NCBI GenBank assembly: GCA_009788055.1
Contig: WQSG01000001.1
Span: forward strand, 461-64,460
DNA length: 64,000 nucleotides
Source of the DNA: Defluviitaleaceae bacterium
Lineage (GTDB): Bacteria > Bacillota > Clostridia > Lachnospirales > WQUN01
Direction of reading: 5' to 3'
Shown: positions 42,995 to 50,553 of the stretch, piece by piece
Layout of the letters: each line of letters starts with the position of its first letter
Numbering within the stretch: position 1 is the stretch's first letter
Position numbers and translations under genes: made by a program
The notes under the pieces: generated by a model
Seen by the model: only the letters and a program-made list of their open reading frames with translations
Told to the model about the DNA's origin: nothing
Database searches by the model: none

Positions 42995-45319
42995 ATGACC
43001 TCAAACAGAAAAATAACCATGCGGCAACTGCAAATTCTTATAATCCTTAGTGCGATGGGTACGGGCGTTATTGTCTTGCCGCGGCGGGCGGCAGACTTCC
43101 TGCCCCAAGGTGCGCAAGACGGCTGGCTCATTGCCGTAGGTCTAACCCTTATCGCAATGGCGGTGGGCGCACTGGTCAGCACCGCCGCCCGCGCCGCGCA
43201 AAAAGCGGCGGAATTTGCGATGGAAGAAAAAGAAGGACCTTGGGGAGAACCTTTTTGTGAACAAAAAGGTTCTCCCCAAACCCCTCTCCAAAAAAACTTT
43301 AATTTGGACGAAGCAGAGTTAAAGTTTGAGGGCGAACTTAAAAACATTTCCTTCATTGATGCTGTCTCTGTTCTCCTTACAAAACCCGTTGCGTGTGCTA
43401 TCGGGATTGTTATGTGGGTGAAGTTGGTTGTTGCGGCGGGGCTGGAGTTGCGGATTTTCTTGGAAATTTCGCGGGAGATAATGTTGCCGCATACGCCTGT
43501 TTGGGTGGTTAGCGCGGTGATGATTGGTGCTTGCGGATATGCGGCGGCGAAGGGGTTTGAAACGCGGGCGCGGGTTGCAGAAGTGCTTTTTGCGTTGCTT
43601 ATTTTGCCTGTGTTGTTTTTGTTTACGGTTGCGGTGTTGGATGCGGACTTTTCAAATTTGCAACCTGTTTTGGTTAATGATGTGAGGTCGTTGGTGCATG
43701 GTTCGATTAGACTTGGGTTTATTTTAACGGGCATGGAATGTCTCTTGCTTGTGTCGCCGTATGTGCCTAAAGAGAAAAATTTGGCGCGTGCGGTTGTGGG
43801 TGCGCTTGGGATTGCGGGTGCGGTTATTGTTTTTATTACGGTGATTACAATTGCATCTTTTGGGGGCGGCGTGGGATATATGCCGTGGCCCGTGCTTAGT
43901 ATGATGGACGTGATTAATTTGCCCGGCGCGTTTATAGAGCGGCAAGAGGCATTAATGTTCGGGTTTTGGATTGTAACGGCTTTCGCGCTGGGGAATGCGA
44001 TGCTGTTTTTCGGCGGCATTCTTGTGAAGGATACCTTTAAGAAACCGACCCTCCGCACGGGCGTTATTTTAAGCGCGTTGGGCGTTTTTGGCGTTAGCAT
44101 TCTGCCGCTTCACCGCGAGACGGTGTATGCGCAAATGGATTTTTTATATATGACAACGGGAATATTTTTTCTTGTGGTTTTGCCAATCGCGCTTCTAATT
44201 GCGGCAAAACTTACTATGTGGGGGCGGAACAAAATCTTGGCAAAAACCGCCGCGCTTATGATTTTTCTTGCATTTGCGGCTATGCTGTTGGTTGGCTGTT
44301 GGGACTCTAAAGAGGTAGAAAACCGCTCGTTTGTTGTGGCAATGGGCGTTGACAAAACCGAAGAAAACTACGCCGTAACATTAAGCATCCCAATAATCGC
44401 GGAAAAAGATGAGGACGAAGAAATCCCCGCGCACATAAAAACATCTGAGGGGAAAACCATAACGGAAGCACTAAAAAAGCTGGAAGCAAAAAACGATAAA
44501 AGCCTTTACTTTGGGCAAACGAAGTTAGTAATTCTTGGCACGGATTTGCTTGAAGATGAAAAATTTTTGCGCCAAACCCTAACCACGCTGGAGAACAAGC
44601 TGGAAGCTCCGCGCCGCATTCACGTGCTTGCGGCAGAAGAGCCGGCAAAGATTCTTGCCGCAAAACCGCCGGGCGAAATTTTCCCCGGTTCATATATTTC
44701 AGACATCTACCGCGACAAAAACAAAATAGGCGGCAGAGCCTTCGCGCTGGATTTTGAACGCCTTTCCTTCATTAAGAATGCAAACCATACCAGCGACGCA
44801 ATCATCCCAAAAATAGAACGCGCCGACGACGAACTGCGTCTTTCGGGGGCGGCGATAATCAAAGACTGCCGCAAAACGGGCATTATCACCCCGCAAGAAT
44901 TGCAGGGCTTTTTGTGGTGCTTCCCGCAGGGCAACAGGGGCGCGGTGGTGACGGCTGAGAATATTTCAATGCAGGTGGAAAGCCACAAGACAAATATCAC
45001 CATTCAGCCTGCGGAAAACGCCCCCCTCCGCGCAATAATTGAAGTAACCGCCCACGGCACAGTGGACGAAATTTCTCAAACCGCCCAAGAATCCCCAACC
45101 ACGCGCAAAAACATGGAAGCCCTTTTCGCCGCAGAAATTCAAAAAGAAATCACAGCCACTGCCCAACTTCTGCAAAAAAAATACGCCGTGGATGGCTACA
45201 ACTTGCTCGAACACCTGCGCAAAAAAAATTATCCGCTGTATAAAAAATACGCGGATAATTGGTCTGAAACATTTACTCAAATTGAATTTGTGCCACAAGT
45301 AACGGTGGTTATCGCATAA
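42995..45319 (+). CDS. germinant receptor B subunit (permease) fused in-frame to C subunit (lipoprotein)
   Basis: Residues 1-407 form a 10-TM GerAB-type permease (KITMRQLQILIILSAMGTGVIVLP). From the internal Met at 44216 the sequence MWGRNKILAKTAALMIFLAFAAMLLVGCWDSKEVENRSF is a GerAC-type lipoprotein signal, lipobox and conserved N-terminus. No stop codon separates the two. Confidence 0.8.
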   Translation: MTSNRKITMRQLQILIILSAMGTGVIVLPRRAADFLPQGAQDGWLIAVGLTLIAMAVGALVSTAARAAQKAAEFAMEEKEGPWGEPFCEQKGSPQTPLQKNFNLDEAELKFEGELKNISFIDAVSVLLTKPVACAIGIVMWVKLVVAAGLELRIFLEISREIMLPHTPVWVVSAVMIGACGYAAAKGFETRARVAEVLFALLILPVLFLFTVAVLDADFSNLQPVLVNDVRSLVHGSIRLGFILTGMECLLLVSPYVPKEKNLARAVVGALGIAGAVIVFITVITIASFGGGVGYMPWPVLSMMDVINLPGAFIERQEALMFGFWIVTAFALGNAMLFFGGILVKDTFKKPTLRTGVILSALGVFGVSILPLHRETVYAQMDFLYMTTGIFFLVVLPIALLIAAKLTMWGRNKILAKTAALMIFLAFAAMLLVGCWDSKEVENRSFVVAMGVDKTEENYAVTLSIPIIAEKDEDEEIPAHIKTSEGKTITEALKKLEAKNDKSLYFGQTKLVILGTDLLEDEKFLRQTLTTLENKLEAPRRIHVLAAEEPAKILAAKPPGEIFPGSYISDIYRDKNKIGGRAFALDFERLSFIKNANHTSDAIIPKIERADDELRLSGAAIIKDCRKTGIITPQELQGFLWCFPQGNRGAVVTAENISMQVESHKTNITIQPAENAPLRAIIEVTAHGTVDEISQTAQESPTTRKNMEALFAAEIQKEITATAQLLQKKYAVDGYNLLEHLRKKNYPLYKKYADNWSETFTQIEFVPQVTVVIA
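43225..43305. repeat. half copy of the MITE-like repeat embedded in-frame in the GerAB-like coding region (E6)
   Basis: GGACCTTGGGGAGAACCTTTTTGTGAACAAAAAGGTTCTCCCCAAACCCCTCTCCAAAAAAACTTTAATTT closely matches the reverse complement of 17861-17934. It is translated as KEGPWGEPFCEQKGSPQTPLQKNFNL. Confidence 0.8.
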
Positions 45320-45323
45320 ACTC

Positions 45324-45512
45324 TTACACCGACAAGTTAACGTTTCCGCCCTCACCTGTCATTTGTACAGTCATTTCTTGCATCATTTGCACAATTTGCG
45401 CGCCCATTTGTTCCGTGTGGTCTAATGCGCGGCGAATCATGCCAATGCCCATTTCTTGGTTTACTTCCATGTTTGATTGGCTTGTTGCGATTGCTACCAT
45501 TCCGAAATCCAT
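45324..45512 (-). CDS. YjfB-like small protein (putative motility protein family)
   Basis: MDFGMVAIATSQSNMEVNQEMGIGMIRRALDHTEQMGAQIVQMMQ resembles the YjfB pattern (M.I..LS...SQ......S..V.K.A.D...Q.G..). ATG at 45512 after GGGGGA. Confidence 0.55.
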   Translation of the reverse strand: MDFGMVAIATSQSNMEVNQEMGIGMIRRALDHTEQMGAQIVQMMQEMTVQMTGEGGNVNLSV

Positions 45513-45658
45513 ACAATTTCCCCCTTTGTGTTCAAAATATTTCGGCAAGTATACCACAGCGTTTAAAAATATGGAAGAGAATCTTGACCAAAAAAACAAA
45601 TCGCGTTATTATTTTGGGGATTGTAAAAAAATTGTGATATTTGTCAGGAGTGTTATAA

Positions 45659-48310
45659 ATGAAATTTCAAACAGTAGACCAAATCCGGGATAACTTCTTG
45701 GATTTTTTTGTTGGCAAAGAGCATTATCTTTTGCCAAGTTTTCCGCTTGTGCCGCAGGGCGACAAAAGTTTGTTGCTGATTAATTCGGGCATGGCACCCA
45801 TGAAAGCGTTTTTCACGGGGCAAGAAACGCCGCCGTCAAAGCGGGTGACAACGTGTCAAAAGTGCATCCGCACAATTGATATCGACGAAGTGGGCAAGGA
45901 TGCGCGACACGCTTCGTTTTTTGAAATGCTGGGAATGTTCTCGTTCGGTGATTACTTTAAAAAGGAAGTTATCCCGTGGGCGTGGGAATTTTTTACGGAA
46001 ACGCTGGAAATTCCAAAGGACAAGCTTTCCATTTCGGTTTACGAAGAGGACGATGAAGCGTATGCCATTTGGCGCGATGATATCGGTATTCCGACGGAAA
46101 GAATTTTCCGTTTGGATAAAAAAGAAAATTTTTGGGAGCATGGTGTGGGGCCGTGCGGGCCGTGTTCGGAAATACATTTCGACCGCGGGGCTGAAAGCGG
46201 TTGCGGCAAACCAACCTGCACCGTGGGTTGCGATTGCGATAGATTTATGGAAATAGGCAACCTTGTTTTCACCCAGTTTGAAAAACAGGAAGACGGCACG
46301 TACACGCCCCTTGCGTTCCCGAATATCGACGTTGGAATAGGGCTGGAACGCCTTGCGATTGTGTTACAGGACGCGCACAGCATTTTTGATATCGACAATG
46401 TGAAATCCATCCGCGACAAGGTTCTTACAATGGCAAAAGCCGAGCCAACGGGCAGTGCATTGGTAAGCGCGAATATCATTGCAGACCACGTTCGCAGTGT
46501 TGCGTTTATGGCGTCGGACGGGGTTCTGCCTTCAAATGAGGGTAGGGGATATGTTTTCCGCAGGCTTCTGCGTCGCGCTGTTCGGCATGGGAAATCGTTA
46601 GGGCTTACGCGGTTTGTTTGCGACATTGCGCAAACGGCGATTAATGCATATAGTCACGCGTATCCGTCTTTGGAGGAAAAAAGCGGGCACATTCTAAACG
46701 TGCTGGAAAACGAAGAAAACCGCTTCCTTGAAACGCTGGACACGGGCATGAATCTTCTGCAAAAGCATATTGACGCGCTGAAATCAAGCGGCGCGAAAAC
46801 CCTTAGCGGCGAAGACGCTTTCAAACTGTACGACACATTTGGTTTCCCCCCCGATTTAACCCGCGAAATTTTGGAAGACAACGGGCTTTCTTGGGACGAA
46901 AACGGCTTCAAGGCAGAGATGGAAAATCAGAAAACGAGAGCGCGGGCGGCTCGCGGAACGTCCACATACATGGGCGCGGACGAAACGGTTTACCACAAGC
47001 TCACCCCCGACCTTCCCACAGAATTTATCGGCTACACCGAAAATTCTTGCGACAGCGCGGAAGTTTTGGCAATCATCGCAAACGGCACGATTGCGCAAAC
47101 GGCAGCCGAAGGACAAGAGGTTGCGGTTGTGCTTAATCGTACGCCGTTCTATGCAACGTCCGGCGGACAAAGAGGCGACAAAGGAAAGCTTTTCGCAAAC
47201 GGTGCAGAGGTGAAAATCTCAGACTGCATCACCGTTGCGGGCAACAATATCGTTCATATGGGCGTCGTGAAAACGGGCGCGATAAAAATTGGGCAAAAAG
47301 TTAGTGCGGAAATAGACGGCTTTGCGCGGTTGGCAACAGAGCGTAATCACACAGCGGCGCATTTATTGCAAAAAGCGTTGCGTTCCGTCCTTGGCGACCA
47401 TGTAGAGCAAGCGGGTTCTGCCGTGGACGCATCCCGTTTGCGTTTCGACTTCACGCACATGAAGCCGCTTACCCCCAAAGAGCGCGAAAAAGTTGAGTCG
47501 CTTGTTTGTGACTACATTGCAAAAGCTTTTTGCGTTACAACGGAAGTCACCACCCCCGATGAAGCCCGCAAAAAAGGCGCGCTTGCACTGTTTGGAGAAA
47601 AATACGGCGACACCGTGCGAATGGTAAACGTAGGCAACGAAAGCATAGAACTTTGCGGCGGAACCCACGTGAAAAACACAAGCGAAATAGGCGTTTTCAG
47701 AATAGTCTCGGAGACGGGGGTGGCGTCGGGCGTTCGGCGCATTGAAGCCGAAACGGGACGCGTTGCAATTTCCCGCTACCAAAGCGAACTCCGCGACCTA
47801 ACAGAAGCCGCCGAGGTTTTCAAAATCCCCACCATGCAACTGCCCGAAAAAGCCAAATCAGTTTTCGCAGAAATCCGCGACCTAAAGCGCGAACTCGGGA
47901 AAATTCAAGCGGCGACAGTCGGCGAGCAACAGGGTCAGGTTGTCGAAAATATTTTAGAGTCTGCCGAAACGGTAAACGGCTTTACACTAATCTCCGCCAA
48001 AATGGAAAACTACGACATGGACGCCCTTCGCAAACTATGCGACAAACTCAAAGCGGAAATGAAATCCGGCTGCATGATTTTGTGCGGAACAACAGGCGAA
48101 ACAGGCGCGGCGCAGTTCCTTGCCAGCGCAACCGATGATGCCGTGAAAGCAGGAGCAGACGCAGGTAGGCTGGTAAGCAGAGCCGCAAAAATTTGCGGCG
48201 GCGGCGGCGGCGGAAAACCAAACCACGCCCAAGCAGGCGGTAAAGACGCCTCCCGCGCAGATGAAGCCCTCGCGCAGGCCCTAATCGAAATGAAGGCAAT
48301 GATTGAGTAA
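45659..48310 (+). CDS. alaS: alanine--tRNA ligase
   Basis: FFEMLGMFSFGDYFK, the editing domain HTAAHLL motif, and a C-terminal DHHA1 domain with GGGGGGKP. Confidence 0.95.
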   Translation: MKFQTVDQIRDNFLDFFVGKEHYLLPSFPLVPQGDKSLLLINSGMAPMKAFFTGQETPPSKRVTTCQKCIRTIDIDEVGKDARHASFFEMLGMFSFGDYFKKEVIPWAWEFFTETLEIPKDKLSISVYEEDDEAYAIWRDDIGIPTERIFRLDKKENFWEHGVGPCGPCSEIHFDRGAESGCGKPTCTVGCDCDRFMEIGNLVFTQFEKQEDGTYTPLAFPNIDVGIGLERLAIVLQDAHSIFDIDNVKSIRDKVLTMAKAEPTGSALVSANIIADHVRSVAFMASDGVLPSNEGRGYVFRRLLRRAVRHGKSLGLTRFVCDIAQTAINAYSHAYPSLEEKSGHILNVLENEENRFLETLDTGMNLLQKHIDALKSSGAKTLSGEDAFKLYDTFGFPPDLTREILEDNGLSWDENGFKAEMENQKTRARAARGTSTYMGADETVYHKLTPDLPTEFIGYTENSCDSAEVLAIIANGTIAQTAAEGQEVAVVLNRTPFYATSGGQRGDKGKLFANGAEVKISDCITVAGNNIVHMGVVKTGAIKIGQKVSAEIDGFARLATERNHTAAHLLQKALRSVLGDHVEQAGSAVDASRLRFDFTHMKPLTPKEREKVESLVCDYIAKAFCVTTEVTTPDEARKKGALALFGEKYGDTVRMVNVGNESIELCGGTHVKNTSEIGVFRIVSETGVASGVRRIEAETGRVAISRYQSELRDLTEAAEVFKIPTMQLPEKAKSVFAEIRDLKRELGKIQAATVGEQQGQVVENILESAETVNGFTLISAKMENYDMDALRKLCDKLKAEMKSGCMILCGTTGETGAAQFLASATDDAVKAGADAGRLVSRAAKICGGGGGGKPNHAQAGGKDASRADEALAQALIEMKAMIE

Positions 48311-48378
48311 AAAAACACTTGCAACCCCCGTTAAAATATGGTATTGTGAATTAAAGTAAGTGTATATTGTGCGACTTT

Positions 48379-48404
48379 AAAGAGTGGGTGTGCGCCCACT
48401 CTTT
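48379..48404 (+). terminator. hairpin after alaS
   Basis: AAAGAGTGGG-tgtgcg-CCCACTCTTT with a weak T-tract. Confidence 0.35.
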
Positions 48405-48439
48405 CATATTGCATAGGAATTGTTAAGGGGTTTTTACAT

Positions 48440-48934
48440 TTGATTGGAGCATTAGAGCCATTAATTACGCCTGTTGTGGAAGACAGCGGCGTAGAACTCT
48501 ACGATATAGAGTTTGTGAAAGAAGGCGGCAGCAGAATACTGCGCCTTTTCATAGACAAAGAGGGCGGCGTAGACCTGAACGACTGCGAGCGTGTATCCCG
48601 TGCGGTTAGTGCAGTCTTAGATGAGCATGACCCGATTGAAACGGCGTATCGGTTACAGGTTGGCTCTCCCGGGATAGAGCGGCGTATTGTAAAGCCGTCA
48701 CATTTTCGGCGGTATGTGGGGCATAAGGTTCTGGTAAAGCTGTTCGCGCCCCATTCCCCCCAAGACCCCGATGCGGCAGAATCTGTTACAACAGGGCGCA
48801 AAAAATTCACAGGTGTTTTGTCCGAATACGACGATACAGGCAAAGTCACTTTGAAAGACGAAGACGGACAAATTTGGATTTTTGAAAAAAAACAGGTTTC
48901 GTCTTGCAGGTTGGTAGTTGATGATGTCATTTGA
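48440..48934 (+). CDS. rimP: ribosome maturation factor RimP
   Basis: TTG start. GVELYDIEFVKEGGSRILRLFIDKEGGVDLNDCERVSRAVSAVLD is typical, and the gene sits immediately upstream of nusA. Confidence 0.85.
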   Translation: MIGALEPLITPVVEDSGVELYDIEFVKEGGSRILRLFIDKEGGVDLNDCERVSRAVSAVLDEHDPIETAYRLQVGSPGIERRIVKPSHFRRYVGHKVLVKLFAPHSPQDPDAAESVTTGRKKFTGVLSEYDDTGKVTLKDEDGQIWIFEKKQVSSCRLVVDDVI

Positions 48935-48952
48935 AGGAAGGAACTTTAACTA

Positions 48953-50302
48953 ATGGATAACGGCAGAGAATTGATTGACGCACTCGCGCAGGTTTCTTTA
49001 GAAAAAGGCATTGACAAAGAAATTCTTTTTGAAGCAATTGAGGCTTCTCTGGTTGCCGCGTGTAAACGGCAGCTTAACCAAAACGCAAATCTCCGCGTTT
49101 CTTTGAATCGCGAAACGGGGCAGTATACCGTGCTTGCGGCGAAAACCGTTTCTGAAGAAATTGAAGATACTTGGCTTCAAATAAGCCTTGAAGACGCCAG
49201 AAAAATTAATTCCAAAATAGAATTGGAAGACGTTGTTGAAATTGATGTTACACCAAAGAATTTCGGCAGAATCGCCGCGCAAAACGCAAAACAAGTTGTG
49301 GTACAAAAATTCCGAGAAGCAGAGCGCGAGATTCTTTACAACGAATATATTGAAAAAGAACATAGCGTAATTATCGCAATAGTTCAGCGGCGCGACCGCA
49401 GAAACGTGATTTTAAGCGTGGGCAAGCTGGAAGCAGTGCTTCCGCCAAGCGAGCAAATCATGCGCGAACCGTATCAGTTTAACGACCGCGTAAAAGTTTA
49501 CGTAACAGAAGTGCGCCAAAACGCCAAAGGCCCTATTGTAAACGTGTCACGCACCGCGCCGGAGCTTTTGGAAAAGCTGTTTGAACACGAAGTACCCGAG
49601 ATTTCCGACGGCATTGTTGAAATAAAATCCGTTGCGCGTGAAGCGGGCAACCGCAGTAAAGTTGCGGTGTACACCCGCCATCCCCACGTAGACCCTATCG
49701 GTTCTTGCGTTGGGCAAAACGGGCAACGCGTTAATATCATCAGCTCCGAACTTCGCGGCGAAAAAATCGACATCATCCTTTGGAACGAAGACCCCGCGAA
49801 ATATATTTCTCACGCCCTCAGCCCAAGCAAGGTTGTAAGTGTTGCGATAAGCCCCACGGGGCAAGAGGCGCGGGTGGTTGTCCCCGACCATCAGCTTTCT
49901 CTCGCAATCGGAAAAGAGGGGCAGAACGCTCGTCTTGCCGCACGTCTTACGGGCTGGCGCATAGATATTAAAAGCGAATCGCAAGCCCGCGGCACAGACT
50001 TCCTAATCTTCCCCGAGCCGGAAAAACTTCCGCCAACTGCGGAAGAAGAAGCCGCCGCTGCCGAAGTAGAAGCCGCCTATGCGGATTTCTACGATGTCCC
50101 TGTGGCAACAGAAGAAGTAGCGGCAACAGAAGAACCCGCCGCGCAAACAGAGGAAATCGAATACAGCGAATACTATGAAGATGAATATTACGATGACGAC
50201 GAGTACTACGATGATGATGAATACTACGACGACGACGAGTACTACGACGATGAATACTACGACGAAGCAACCCCCGAATCCCCGCCCGCCGATGAAAAGT
50301 AA
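48953..50302 (+). CDS. nusA: transcription termination/antitermination factor NusA with Tyr/Asp/Glu-rich C-terminal tail
   Basis: S1 and KH domains (GSCVGQNGQRVNIISSELRGEKIDII, LAIGKEGQNARLAARLTGWRIDIKS). The tail reads EYYEDEYYDDDEYYDDDEYYDDDEYYDDEYYDE. Confidence 0.95.
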   Translation: MDNGRELIDALAQVSLEKGIDKEILFEAIEASLVAACKRQLNQNANLRVSLNRETGQYTVLAAKTVSEEIEDTWLQISLEDARKINSKIELEDVVEIDVTPKNFGRIAAQNAKQVVVQKFREAEREILYNEYIEKEHSVIIAIVQRRDRRNVILSVGKLEAVLPPSEQIMREPYQFNDRVKVYVTEVRQNAKGPIVNVSRTAPELLEKLFEHEVPEISDGIVEIKSVAREAGNRSKVAVYTRHPHVDPIGSCVGQNGQRVNIISSELRGEKIDIILWNEDPAKYISHALSPSKVVSVAISPTGQEARVVVPDHQLSLAIGKEGQNARLAARLTGWRIDIKSESQARGTDFLIFPEPEKLPPTAEEEAAAAEVEAAYADFYDVPVATEEVAATEEPAAQTEEIEYSEYYEDEYYDDDEYYDDDEYYDDDEYYDDEYYDEATPESPPADEK

Positions 50303-50537
50303 ACCGCAAAGGCGTTGCGTTGCCTGCCGCGAAATGAAAGACAAATCTTCACTCATCAGAATCACGGCAACAGCAGAGGGCGAAATTCAACTAGACCCAA
50401 GCGGCAAAGCCCCCGGACGGGGCGCGTACATCTGCCGCGATGAACAATGCATGAAAAAGGCACATAAAATAAAAGGTTTGGAGCGTTCACTAAAGCGCAA
50501 AATTCCTTCGGAAGTATATGCAAAGCTATTGGAATGA
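50292..50537 (+). CDS. ylxR: YlxR/RnpM (DUF448) RNA-binding protein
   Basis: MKSKPQRRCVACREMKDKSSLIRI..GRGAYIC motif. The start at 50292 overlaps the nusA stop by 11 nt. The upstream part of the ORF-track entry is out-of-frame nusA tail. Confidence 0.75.
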   Translation: MKSKPQRRCVACREMKDKSSLIRITATAEGEIQLDPSGKAPGRGAYICRDEQCMKKAHKIKGLERSLKRKIPSEVYAKLLE

Positions 50538-50553
50538 AAGGTCAGGTGGCTAA

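Noticed and set aside
41453-44100. 328-aa and 428-aa minus-strand ORFs opposite the ger genes.
   Set aside because: The plus-strand frames carry GerAA/GerAB/GerAC signatures. The antisense translations are low-complexity with no start signals.
45513-45658. T-box leaders upstream of alaS, and similarly asnS (56072-56173) and trpF (13188-13264).
   Set aside because: The available leaders are only about 60-150 nt. No specifier hairpin or T-box sequence (AAnnnGGGTGGTAC-like) was seen.
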